From assembly GCA_963826785.1 (NCBI GenBank), contig CAWGYD010000005.1, forward strand, positions 256,001-320,000: DNA of 64,000 bases, read 5' to 3'. The notes beneath the pieces are model-generated. The model was not told where the DNA came from and did no database searches. It saw nothing but the letters and a program-made list of their open reading frames with translations. A program made the translations under genes and the position numbers. The stretch is from an uncultured delta proteobacterium. GTDB lineage: Bacteria; Desulfobacterota; Desulfobacteria; Desulfobacterales; Desulfosalsimonadaceae. Shown here piece by piece: positions 19,783 through 29,311 of this stretch (its first letter is position 1; the number at the start of each line of letters is the position of its first letter).

Positions 19783-20601
19783 ATGAATGACTCTGCATTG
19801 CTGACGGCATCCATATATGCGGCTGTCGAAGCCGGCGTCGCCGCGCTTGAAATTTACGACAAGGACTTTGAAGTCGAGTTCAAGGCCGATGATTCGCCGC
19901 TGACCCTGGCGGACAAACAATCCCACCGGATCATTGCCGCCTGTCTGGCGGATTTCGACATCCCCATGCTCAGCGAGGAAGGCAAATCGATTCCCTTTGA
20001 AGCGCGTGGCGCCTGGCCGTCCCTCCTGGTTGTCGACCCCCTCGACGGAACCAAGGAATTCATCAAGAAAAACGGTGAATTCACCATTAACATCGCGCTG
20101 GTCTGCGATCGCCGGCCGGTGATGGGGGTCATCTATGTACCGGTCAAAAAACGGCTTTATTTCGCCTTAAAAGACCTTGGCGCCTACCGCCTGGACATTG
20201 ACCACCCGGAACACATCCGGCAAATCTCGTATGATCAACTCCGAAGCATATCGGATCAGATCCGTGCGGCGGCCGATCCGAACCGGCCGTTTACCATCGT
20301 GGGAAGCCGGTCCCATGCCACCCCGGAACTTACGGCATACGTGGCAGACAAGCGCAAGTCCCATGGAAATCTTGATTTTATCTCCGCGGGCAGTTCTTTG
20401 AAATTCTGCCTGGTTGCCGAAGGAAGGGCCGACGTGTATCCGCGCCTCGGGCCCACCATGGAGTGGGATACGGCGGCCGGCCATGCCATTGCCGAGGCGG
20501 CCGGCGCCGCAATTTTCTGCAGCGAAACCCGCCAACCCCTGTTATACAACAAACCGAACCTGCTAAATCCCTGGTTTGTCGTTTCAAACGGCAGGCATTG
20601 A
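19783..20601 (+). CDS. cysQ: 3'(2'),5'-bisphosphate nucleotidase CysQ
   Basis: Motifs SPLTLAD, DPLDGTKEF, SRSH, GSSLK and EWDTAAG. Confidence 0.93.
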   Translation: MNDSALLTASIYAAVEAGVAALEIYDKDFEVEFKADDSPLTLADKQSHRIIAACLADFDIPMLSEEGKSIPFEARGAWPSLLVVDPLDGTKEFIKKNGEFTINIALVCDRRPVMGVIYVPVKKRLYFALKDLGAYRLDIDHPEHIRQISYDQLRSISDQIRAAADPNRPFTIVGSRSHATPELTAYVADKRKSHGNLDFISAGSSLKFCLVAEGRADVYPRLGPTMEWDTAAGHAIAEAAGAAIFCSETRQPLLYNKPNLLNPWFVVSNGRH

Positions 20602-20636
20602 AACTTTCCAACGAAATATCACCATGAGAGCGCGTA

Positions 20637-22349
20637 ATGACCGAAACCGTTTATGATGCCCACGGCGGCAGCCTGATCAGTCTGATTGTCGATGAGGATC
20701 GTGCCAGGCTGCTTAAAGAAATCGCCATGAACCTGCCCGATGTCGTTTTGAACGACCGTCACCTGTGCGACCTGGAACTGCTGGCCGTGGGTGGATTTTC
20801 ACCCCTCCAGGGATTCATGGTCCGGGCGGATTATGAATCGGTGCTGGATCGGATGCGGCTGCAGGACAACACCCTCTGGCCGCTGCCCATCTGTCTGGAC
20901 ATCTCCGAAGCCCAGGCCGGGCGGCTGGAGGTCGGCCAGTCGGTGGCCCTCCGTGATCCGGAAGGATTTCTGCTGGCGGTCATGCATGTGGAAGATATCT
21001 GGCCGGTGGACCGGGAAAAAGAAGCGAAAAAAGCCTATGAAACCATGGACACCTGCCACCCCGGCGTATATTACCTGATGAAAAAGTCGGGAGATTTTTA
21101 TATCGGCGGCCGACTGGAAGTCATCAGTTCACCGCTGCATTTTGATTTCAAGCAGCTTCGTCTCTATCCCCGGGAGGTCCGGCAGACGTATACCAAGCTC
21201 GGATGGCAGCGTGTGGTCGGGTTCCAGACCCGCAATCCCCTGCACCGCTTCCAGTTTGAAATGACCACCAAGGCCATGCGCCATGCCCGGGCCAATCTGC
21301 TTCTCCTGCCGGTGGTGGGGATGACCCGGCCCGATGACTTCGATCAATACACACGGGTTCGCTGCTACAAGGCCGTTGCCGGCCATTATCCGCCCGATTC
21401 CCATGTCCTGTCGCTGCTTCCCCTGGCCATGCGGCTTTCGGGTCCGCGCGACGCCATACTGGACACGATCATCGCCAAGAATTACGGCTGCACCCATTTC
21501 ATCGTAGGGCATGACCATGCCAGCCCCGGGCCGGACACAAACGGAGAACCTTTTTACGAATGCGACCGCGCCCGGTGCCTGGCCGCCGAGTTTTCCGGCG
21601 AAATCGGCGTCGAGATCGTTCCCTTCGAGGAAATGGTCTACCTCCCGTTTGAAGACGAATACCGCTCCAAGGACAAAGTCGCTGCGGGGACCCAGACCAT
21701 ATCACTTTCCGGCTCCGACATCCGGGTGCGTATCCGGGAGGGCCGGCGCATCCCCGAATGGGCCACCTTCACCGAAGTGGTCACGGAACTGCAGAAAGCC
21801 TATCCCCCTCCCCATCGGCAGGGCTTCACCGTCTTTTTGACCGGCCTTTCCGGTGCCGGCAAATCGACCGTGGCCAAGGTTTTGTATTCAAAGTTTTTGG
21901 AAATCGGGGACCGTCCGGTAACGCTGCTGGACGGAGACATCGTCCGGCGCAACCTGTCCAGCGAACTGTCCTTCAGCAAGGAGCACCGGGACATCAATGT
22001 GGCCCGGATCGGTTTTGTGGCCAGCGAAATCACCAAGAACAGAGGGATCGCCATCTGTGCGCCCATCGCTCCCTATGAATACACCCGCCGGGAAATCCGC
22101 ACCGTGGTGGAGCAATACGGCGGATTCATCGAAATTCACGTATGCACCCCCATCACCGAATGTGAAAAGCGCGACCGGAAAGGAATGTATGCCAAGGCCC
22201 GGGCCGGCCTGATCAAGGGGTTCACCGGCGTGGATGACCCCTACGAAGATCCCACGCGGCCGGAATTGCGGATCGACACCTCCAACATGACCCCGGTGGA
22301 AGCGGCGCAGGAAATACTGCTTTTTCTCGGAAAGAAAGGATACATCTGA
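20637..22349 (+). CDS. sat/cysC: Bifunctional sulfate adenylyltransferase / APS kinase
   Basis: FQTRNPLH and HFIVGHDH, then TGLSGAGKS, LLDGD and FTGVDDPYE. Confidence 0.93.
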   Translation: MTETVYDAHGGSLISLIVDEDRARLLKEIAMNLPDVVLNDRHLCDLELLAVGGFSPLQGFMVRADYESVLDRMRLQDNTLWPLPICLDISEAQAGRLEVGQSVALRDPEGFLLAVMHVEDIWPVDREKEAKKAYETMDTCHPGVYYLMKKSGDFYIGGRLEVISSPLHFDFKQLRLYPREVRQTYTKLGWQRVVGFQTRNPLHRFQFEMTTKAMRHARANLLLLPVVGMTRPDDFDQYTRVRCYKAVAGHYPPDSHVLSLLPLAMRLSGPRDAILDTIIAKNYGCTHFIVGHDHASPGPDTNGEPFYECDRARCLAAEFSGEIGVEIVPFEEMVYLPFEDEYRSKDKVAAGTQTISLSGSDIRVRIREGRRIPEWATFTEVVTELQKAYPPPHRQGFTVFLTGLSGAGKSTVAKVLYSKFLEIGDRPVTLLDGDIVRRNLSSELSFSKEHRDINVARIGFVASEITKNRGIAICAPIAPYEYTRREIRTVVEQYGGFIEIHVCTPITECEKRDRKGMYAKARAGLIKGFTGVDDPYEDPTRPELRIDTSNMTPVEAAQEILLFLGKKGYI

Positions 22350-22352
22350 ATC

Positions 22353-23642
22353 ATGGCGACAAAGCCCGTCATTGCCGTTATCGGACTGGGATACGTGGGG
22401 TTGCCGGTGGCCGTCGAATTCGGCAAACGCTACCCCACCATCGGGTATGATTTAAAGGCCCATATGATCAAGGCCTATCAGGCGCACACGGACCCCAATG
22501 GCGAATTGTCCGCAGAAGAACTCAAGGCCGCGCTCCACCTTGAATACACCACGGACCCCGCAAGGCTTGCGGAAGCCGACGTGATCATCGTGGCGGTCCC
22601 CACGCCCATCGATGATGCCCGTCAGCCGGATCTCGGCCCGGTCCGGGGCGCTACGGAGACCGCCGGCAGGCACATGAAACCGGGGGCGGTGGTGGTGTAC
22701 GAATCCACGGTGTATCCCGGCACCACGGAAGAGGTCTGCGTTCCGATCCTGGAAAAGATGTCGGGCATGACCTGGAAGACGGATTTTCATGTGGGATATT
22801 CTCCGGAGCGGATCAACCCGGGCGACAAAACACATACCCTGCCCAACATCACCAAGGTCGTGTCCGGTGATACCCCGGAAACCCTGGATTTGCTGGCCGG
22901 TCTCTATGGGGCCATCATCCCGGCGGGGATTTATCGGGCTCCCAACATCCGTACCGCCGAAGCCGCCAAGGTGATCGAAAATACACAGCGGGATTTGAAT
23001 ATCGCCCTGATGAACGAACTCTCGGTGATTTTTGACCGGCTGGGGATCGACACCGTGGAAGTGCTGGAGGCGGCCTCCACCAAGTGGAATTTCCTCCCGT
23101 TCCGCCCCGGGCTGGTGGGCGGTCACTGCATCGGCGTGGACCCGTATTACCTGACCTACCGGGCGGAAAGGGCCGGGTATCATCCCGAAGTCATCCTGGC
23201 CGGGCGCCGGATCAACGACAACATGGGAAAGTTCGTGGTGGAAAAAACCGTCAAGCTCATGGCCCGGTCCTGCGAAAATATCATGAACGCCCGGGTCGGC
23301 ATTTTCGGGCTGACCTTCAAGGAGGACTGCTCCGACCTCAGAAATTCCCGGGTGACCGACATCATCTCCGAACTGAGCGCCTACGGCATCATTCCCCTGG
23401 TCCACGATCCCCTGGCCGATGTGGACGAGGCCCGGCGTATTTTCAACATCCGTTTGACCCCGTTTGAGGAGATGAAGAACCTGGATGCCATCATTATCGC
23501 CGTGTCCCACCGATCTTATAAATCCATGCGGGTCGCTGATTTTGCCGATCGGCTCAATTCAAACGGCTGCCTGATCGATATCAAGGCCATACTGCCCATG
23601 GATGAGGTCAAGGCATCCGGGGTTCATTTCTGGCGACTGTAG
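22353..23642 (+). CDS. Nucleotide-sugar (UDP-GlcNAc/GalNAc type) dehydrogenase
   Basis: Motifs GLGYVGLP, YESTVYPG, SPERINPG and GGHCIGVDP. Confidence 0.93.
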   Translation: MATKPVIAVIGLGYVGLPVAVEFGKRYPTIGYDLKAHMIKAYQAHTDPNGELSAEELKAALHLEYTTDPARLAEADVIIVAVPTPIDDARQPDLGPVRGATETAGRHMKPGAVVVYESTVYPGTTEEVCVPILEKMSGMTWKTDFHVGYSPERINPGDKTHTLPNITKVVSGDTPETLDLLAGLYGAIIPAGIYRAPNIRTAEAAKVIENTQRDLNIALMNELSVIFDRLGIDTVEVLEAASTKWNFLPFRPGLVGGHCIGVDPYYLTYRAERAGYHPEVILAGRRINDNMGKFVVEKTVKLMARSCENIMNARVGIFGLTFKEDCSDLRNSRVTDIISELSAYGIIPLVHDPLADVDEARRIFNIRLTPFEEMKNLDAIIIAVSHRSYKSMRVADFADRLNSNGCLIDIKAILPMDEVKASGVHFWRL

Positions 23643-24319
23643 GTCACTCTGATCCCGCCCCTTATTTTTTCGTAGTAGATGATATCCACGGGAATCGTTT
23701 CGTTTAGAAACGGCTTTGACGCATAGGAGGTCGGCTTGACGGAAACCGGTGTGAGGCCGATAAAGCCGTCGATCCCCTTTGTTTCTTCCTCCGGGGTGGC
23801 CAGCCGGTAAGTGGTGTTTTTCATGGCGGCGATTTTCTTGAGGACGCTTTCCTGAAACCGCAGTCCGGCATAGGTCTTGGTCAGGACCAGCTCACTGATC
23901 CAACGCCGGGTCATGGCCCGGTCGATCCCGGCCATGGCCGTTCTCATCTTTTCAACCATTTCATAGGTCTTTTCAGAAGCCTGATCAATGGCACCGGGAT
24001 GTTTGCCGGTGTACCACTTTACCCATTCTCCATAGCCCCGGCCCGGAAATTCCTGGATCAATTCCGACATCTGTCCCACCTGGTTGGGCCGGGTGGCCTG
24101 TGAGTTCTGGTTGGCCAGATTGAGCAGCTGGGTGGTGTACTTGGGGAAAGGGTCGGCGCTTCCCGCCACATCTTCCATGATGTCGGCCATGGCCAGGGTG
24201 AACCGAAGATCGTGCGTGGCATCCTGCGCCAGAACAGCCACCATGCCGCCGGATGCAGCAGCCGTTATCAGCCAGCAGGCAACCATCAGCATCGACCGGG
24301 TCTTCATGCCCATATTCAT
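23624..24319 (-). CDS. MjaI-family restriction-endonuclease-like protein with N-terminal signal/TM segment
   Basis: FPKYTTQLLNLANQ..TRP..VGQMSELIQEF and GIDGFIG..PVSVKP (PD-xK-like). Hydrophobic leader. Family recognised from memory. Confidence 0.7.
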   Translation of the reverse strand: MNMGMKTRSMLMVACWLITAAASGGMVAVLAQDATHDLRFTLAMADIMEDVAGSADPFPKYTTQLLNLANQNSQATRPNQVGQMSELIQEFPGRGYGEWVKWYTGKHPGAIDQASEKTYEMVEKMRTAMAGIDRAMTRRWISELVLTKTYAGLRFQESVLKKIAAMKNTTYRLATPEEETKGIDGFIGLTPVSVKPTSYASKPFLNETIPVDIIYYEKIRGGIRVTYSRQK

Positions 24320-24504
24320 GATGTTATCCCTCCTGTATCGTGATTGATTCTCATCACTTCATCTCGACAGATGATATATATCACGATTTCAGGAAAGATA
24401 AAAGCCATTGAGATTCAATTACTTATTATCTCATTGGGCTCATACCAACCGGGCGTTGATCCCGCTGCCGACGGGACACCCCCCTTTAATTCCCCCCTGC
24501 CAGG

Positions 24505-24749
24505 CATAAGCGCTAACTTAACGCATAGTATCCCCCTCGTAATCATCCTTTATGTCATTCCGGCAGTCTTTTAGCCGGAATCCAATGAATAGCAAAGGGT
24601 GCCGTTTCTTTTATTTGCAAGAATGTATACCGCTGGTTGCCTGTTCATTTCGTCTTCCTGGATTCCGGCTTAAAGACTGCCGGAATGACGCTCTTAAGAG
24701 GAACGACAAATTAGAAGATATTGCATCGGTCATTAAGTTAGCGCCTATG
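24505..24749 (-). mobile_element. GIY-YIG insertion cassette, copy 2 (245-bp internally deleted form)
   Basis: Same 17-bp ends. 11-bp TSD CCCCTGCCAGG at 24494-24504 and 24750-24760. Confidence 0.92.
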
Positions 24750-24886
24750 CCCCTGCCAGGGGGGGGACTGAGGGGGGTGAGCCGTCCGGTAGTGAAAAAT
24801 TTTTTGGCGAATCCTTGATAAAATCGTAAAAAGTCTTTATGAGACAACATTGATGAAGCCGTAAAAAGTCGGATTTTACGCTTTCG

Positions 24887-26734
24887 ATAGGGGTCGGGAA
24901 AGGCTCTCGCCCTCCCCGCCCTCCGAACCGTGCGTGCGGTTCTCCCGCACACGGCTCTCCAGTTGGTAGTTTCAACATCGTGACTGGCGCGCCACAGCAT
25001 GGGCTTCGGTTAAGGTGAAAAGCCCGTGCTCAGCGAAAAATGCATTAGGCCAGCGTTTATGATCGGCCAGGCAGCGACCCATACCCGGTCGTCGCTTTTG
25101 TTTGCGCAAGACAGATCGCAGTCGGCGGCGGACAAAACCATCAATCATCTTAAAGGTAAATGGATTCGCATGTTTGAAGTAGCCAAACCAACCTATGAGC
25201 ATCGGATTCAAACTGCCTATTATCTGGTCCAGGCTCTCTCCACGGGATCGGCCGGTTTTGGCCCGTATACGCTCCCGCAGGGACTTGAGGCTTTTCTTTC
25301 GAACCCATCGCTTTCCGGCTTCAAACCGGTAACCCAGGAAGTCAAAGCCTTGTCCTTCTACTGTGCAGTCTCCCACGTGGGTTTTGTCCGGATGCAGGGT
25401 AAGTTCATTTTCTTTTACCCAGGCGCGTATGTCGGCCAGGGCCGACTGCGCTGCCTCTGCACTGGGACACATCACCACAAAGTCATCTGCGTATCGGACC
25501 ATGCGATAACCTTTTGTCCGCATCAGCACATCCAGCGGATGCAGGTACAGGTTCGCCAGCAGGGGACTGATCACCGCACCTTGCGGAGTTCCTCCGGTCG
25601 GCGTCCAGCGCTCCAGCCCACGGACGATATCCTGACCCAGGTATCCCCGAATCAGATCCAGAATACGCCCGTCGCTGATGCGCTCCTGCACTCGGATCAT
25701 CAATCGGTCATGCGGAATGGTGTCAAAGTAGCTCGCAAGGTCGGCGTCCACAACGTGCGTGTAGCCTGCCTTAATCAAACCGTCTACCTCCCGCAGGGCG
25801 TCTTTGCATCCGCGTCCAGGTCGAAAGCCATAGCTCGAATCCAGAAAGTCCCATTCGAAAATCGGCTCTATTACCAGCTTCAGCGCAGTTTGTACGATGC
25901 GGTCTTTTACCGCCGGAATGCCCAGGGGTCGAGTGCGACCCGGCCCTTTGGGTATCTCCACGCGCTTGACCGGCTGCGGCCGGTAAGTGCCGGCCTTCAA
26001 TGCTTCTTCCAGCTCCTTAAGATATTTATCCGCCTTCAACGAAAACCGCTCAACGCTCTGCCCGTCCACTCCGGCCGCCCCCTTGTTTCGCGCGACCTTG
26101 TGCCACGCCAGTTCCAGGGTGCCGGGACGAACCAGCTTGTCGATCAAGCTGAACCACTTGCCTCCTTTGACGCCGTTTTCCAGCGCCGCCAGCATGCGCG
26201 GCGTCCAAATCGAGGCTTCCACCCAGCACCAGTCCCGATGCCCGGTCTCTGCGCCTTGCTTAGCCGTTACCGGCACTGCCGGCGCTTTGCTTATGCTTTG
26301 CCTGTCGTTGGATTTCACGCATCTACCTTCCTGCCTCCCTTCCCTCGGCACGGTTTTGCTTCCCGCGCTTTCCGCAGCATCGGCTGCTTCGGTACTATGA
26401 AGGCTCTGACTCCTGCCTGCGTCACCTCGCAAACAGGTCTCTCCGCTTATCTCGCCACACCTTTCCGGCGTTCCACCTCCAACCACGTGATGCGCCCCGG
26501 CACCGCTTTACGCGCCAATACCCAGCGTACCGGACGATTTTCGGACTTCACCATGAATGAGCAGGCTCGTCGCTGCATCCCGCCGAATCAAGTTCGTCAT
26601 CCTGCGGACCGCCAGTTCGTCTCCGGTTGCTCTCCACCCCACCTCGCGGTGACGCAGTTACCCTCGACTACGGGGCCTTGGCTTACCCCGACACGGACTT
26701 ACACCGTGCTGATATGGCGCCTTTACGGACGCAC
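24887..26734 (-). mobile_element. Group II intron, copy 1 (1848 bp)
   Basis: Starts GTGCG and ends CCGACCCCTAT. Domain V GAGAGCCGTGTGCGGGAGAACCGCACGCACGGTTC. Removing it restores the empty MITE. Confidence 0.96.
24972..26318 (-). CDS. ltrA: Group II intron reverse transcriptase/maturase, no En domain
   Basis: GAAGVDG, RPLGIP..DRIVQ, SYGFRP, GTPQG..ISPLLAN, RYADD and GWFGYF. Start codon uncertain; GTG chosen. Confidence 0.95.
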   Translation of the reverse strand: MKSNDRQSISKAPAVPVTAKQGAETGHRDWCWVEASIWTPRMLAALENGVKGGKWFSLIDKLVRPGTLELAWHKVARNKGAAGVDGQSVERFSLKADKYLKELEEALKAGTYRPQPVKRVEIPKGPGRTRPLGIPAVKDRIVQTALKLVIEPIFEWDFLDSSYGFRPGRGCKDALREVDGLIKAGYTHVVDADLASYFDTIPHDRLMIRVQERISDGRILDLIRGYLGQDIVRGLERWTPTGGTPQGAVISPLLANLYLHPLDVLMRTKGYRMVRYADDFVVMCPSAEAAQSALADIRAWVKENELTLHPDKTHVGDCTVEGQGFDFLGYRFEAGKRWVRKKSLKSLRERIRAKTGRSRGESLDQIIGSLNPMLIGWFGYFKHANPFTFKMIDGFVRRRLRSVLRKQKRRPGMGRCLADHKRWPNAFFAEHGLFTLTEAHAVARQSRC

Positions 26735-26852
26735 TCATTCCGGCGGAGGCCGGAATCTACTACAAACTAAGTTGGTTATAGACTCCGGTTTTCACCGGAG
26801 TGACGAACTTCGGACTTTTTACGGGTTCATCAACATTTGAAATGCATAATTT

Positions 26853-27806
26853 TTGCGCAGAATCTATAAATTCTCAGTCCCGCTTTGCGAGAAAATAACA
26901 CCTTACGAGCCCATCAAATTGATAGACAAAGATCCGCACTTTATCTCGGTGATTATCCCGAGCACCGGACGCAGCACCCTTTCCGAGACAAAAGACGCAT
27001 TAAACCGTCAGACCAGACCTCCCGATGAAGTGGTTGTGGTTTTCGACAAAAACCGAAAAGGACCGAGTTGGGCCAGAAATGAAGGGTTTGCAAAAACGAA
27101 GGGAGATCTGGTGGCGTTTACAGATGATGATTGTATTCCAGGGGAGGATTGGCTTGAGCGGATGGCGGCGGCGATTGACAAATATGACGCGGCCATGGTC
27201 AGCAGCCATTACCTTGAGACGGATCCGTTCCTTCAGGAAATCCGGCTCCGCCGACGGTTTCCGACCGAAGACCGGATCAATCCGGACGGGTTTGTGGGCA
27301 ACACCGGCAATGTCATCTATCGCCGGTCGTGTCTGGAGGAGTGCCTGAATGTGGACGGGTTTATCTTCAACCCGGTTTTTAAAACCTATGGGTGCGAAGA
27401 CATCGACCTGGTTTTCAGGTTGCAGCGCCGGGGACACAAAGTCGTGTTTATCGACAACCGGATCAAACACCTGAAAAAAATGACGCCTGTAAAATACCTG
27501 CGACACCAGTTTAGCAGAGGAATCGGCATCGGCATCCTCTATGGGACACAGAAGCCCTTCAAACCGGAGCAGGCACCGGATAAAAGTCTGCTGTGGGATG
27601 AGAAAAAGACAGGCCGCCGCGCCGGCAAGTGGCTGCTCATGATTTGGAGAAAAGTCTTTGGACCCTTTGACGGGCAAAGTTTTTCGACCGTCAGGCACTT
27701 TCTGGTTTTCTGGCTCGGTGAGAAAACACAGGCACTTGGTTTTCTATATGCGCTTGCGGTCAAATACAAAAAGAGGCATCCAATCAGCATGATGACGGAT
27801 AAATGA
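26853..27806 (+). CDS. GT2 glycosyltransferase
   Basis: Motifs ISVIIPS, GPSWARNEG, AFTDDDC and CEDIDL. Start uncertain. Confidence 0.88.
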   Translation: MRRIYKFSVPLCEKITPYEPIKLIDKDPHFISVIIPSTGRSTLSETKDALNRQTRPPDEVVVVFDKNRKGPSWARNEGFAKTKGDLVAFTDDDCIPGEDWLERMAAAIDKYDAAMVSSHYLETDPFLQEIRLRRRFPTEDRINPDGFVGNTGNVIYRRSCLEECLNVDGFIFNPVFKTYGCEDIDLVFRLQRRGHKVVFIDNRIKHLKKMTPVKYLRHQFSRGIGIGILYGTQKPFKPEQAPDKSLLWDEKKTGRRAGKWLLMIWRKVFGPFDGQSFSTVRHFLVFWLGEKTQALGFLYALAVKYKKRHPISMMTDK

Positions 27807-28948
27807 TGGAAAAGCCACTGATCCGACTGGCCGTCGGAATTCTTCGAACAATCCCGGAACCCGTTGCATATCCGCTGATCCGGCTCGCCGGCACGGTGCG
27901 CCGACGGTATGCCGTCCGGCGGAAAATTCCGGAGATGATCATTTTTTTCATCACCAACCGCTGCAATGCCGCATGCGACCATTGTTTTTACTGGAAGGAA
28001 GTCGCAGGGGCAGCGGATGAAATGTCTATACAAGAGATTGGGAAATTATCAAAGAGTCTCCGGGGCGTCAAAGCCATCAGTTTGACCGGCGGCGAACCGT
28101 TTCTAAGAGAGGACCTGGCGGATATCGTCCGGCTGTTTTCAGATGCGGGGGTCAGCATCATCAGCATTCCGACCAACGGCATCCGGTTTGAAAAAATCAT
28201 CGATTTTGCCAAAAACATGTCGGCAATCATCGGACACGCCACGCTCAAAATAAATGTCTCCATCGACGGGCCTCGGGAATGGCACGACCATATTCGAAAC
28301 GTCAAAGGCTGTTATGACAGGGCGATGAAAACCATCATGGGGTTGAAGGCCGTCATGGAAACCCGCGACAATTTATCCGTTGCCGTCGCCACTACCGTGA
28401 CCCATGGTAATTTGCCGTACCTGAAGGATTTCCTTCCTGAGCTGTGCCGGTTGAATGTGCCGCTGATCGTTTCACCGGTCAGGGGGGGCGGCAATAACAC
28501 CATCGGCATCCCTGTAAACATCAGGAGGGATTTGAATCCCCAGAATGCCGATATTCTCGTGTCGGCAGAGGAGATGGATCATCTCAGATCTCTGCTGACG
28601 GCGGCCGCGAACAAACAGGGCTTTGTAAACTGGAGTGCGTTTCAGCAGGTCAAACTGGAGATGATGGGCAATGTCATGAAACATCAGCACCGGATGCTCG
28701 ACTGCCTGGCCGGATATGCGGATGGCGTAATCTACAACAATGGTGATGTGGCGCTATGCGAGCCGACCAAACCGTTCGGAAACCTCAGGGATGTGGACAT
28801 GGATTTCAAATCGCTCTGGTGGTCAAAGGCCGCCGACGATATGAGGAAACGGACCAGGGGCTGTTTCTGCATTCACCCGTGCAACCTGGGCACAAACATG
28901 AAATATGACGCAGACTGCCTGAACAAGATCATCCGGAACCCAAAGTAG
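27803..28948 (+). CDS. Radical SAM protein with SPASM/twitch domain
   Basis: CNAACDHC, TGGEP, SIDG and C-terminal CLAG..GDVALC..CFCIHPC. Confidence 0.9.
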   Translation: MMEKPLIRLAVGILRTIPEPVAYPLIRLAGTVRRRYAVRRKIPEMIIFFITNRCNAACDHCFYWKEVAGAADEMSIQEIGKLSKSLRGVKAISLTGGEPFLREDLADIVRLFSDAGVSIISIPTNGIRFEKIIDFAKNMSAIIGHATLKINVSIDGPREWHDHIRNVKGCYDRAMKTIMGLKAVMETRDNLSVAVATTVTHGNLPYLKDFLPELCRLNVPLIVSPVRGGGNNTIGIPVNIRRDLNPQNADILVSAEEMDHLRSLLTAAANKQGFVNWSAFQQVKLEMMGNVMKHQHRMLDCLAGYADGVIYNNGDVALCEPTKPFGNLRDVDMDFKSLWWSKAADDMRKRTRGCFCIHPCNLGTNMKYDADCLNKIIRNPK

Positions 28949-29010
28949 AATGTTGCCGTTGGCGTCTGGCGCTCCCAGGGAACTTAACCCGGTTGATTTC
29001 TCACTGGTCC

Positions 29011-29106
29011 AACACCCCCCTGGCCCCCCTCAAGGGGGGAATTTGGTCATAATTTCAAGGCATAATCCACCCTTGAGTTGTTCAGGGGGGAATTAAAGGG
29101 GGGTGT
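29011..29106. repeat. Inverted pair of C/G-rich REP-like palindromes
   Basis: ACACCCCCCTGGCCCCCCTCAAGGGGGGAATT ... GGGGGAATTAAAGGGGGGTGT. Confidence 0.75.
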
Positions 29107-29133
29107 GCCGGCGGCCGTTAGGATTCAAAATTT

Positions 29134-29265
29134 GATGAAGCCGTAAAAAGTCGGATTTTACACTTTCGTCATTCCGGCGGAGGCCGGAATCTACTACAAA
29201 CTGAGCTGGTTATAGACTCCGGTTTTCACCGGAGTGACGAACTTCGGACTTTTTACGGGTTCATC
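29134..29265. mobile_element. REP-doublet MITE, copy B (empty, 132 bp)
   Basis: Same TIRs and two internal hairpins; flanked by AAAATTT on both sides. Confidence 0.9.
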
Positions 29266-29311
29266 AAAATTTCTTGCTGCAAAAACGCCGTCCGGCGGGG
29301 TCGGGTGCTCT

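Larger units (their letters stand above)
24852..26831. mobile_element. REP-doublet MITE, copy A, interrupted by a group II intron in its left arm
   Basis: TIRs GATGAAGCCGTAAAAAGTC and GACTTTTTACGGGTTCATC. TSD AACATT on both sides. 132 bp once the intron is removed. Confidence 0.9.

Noticed and set aside
25026..26840. 604-aa ORF, and its 578-aa twin at 48696..50432
   Set aside because: Antisense shadow of the intron RT, with no recognisable motifs.
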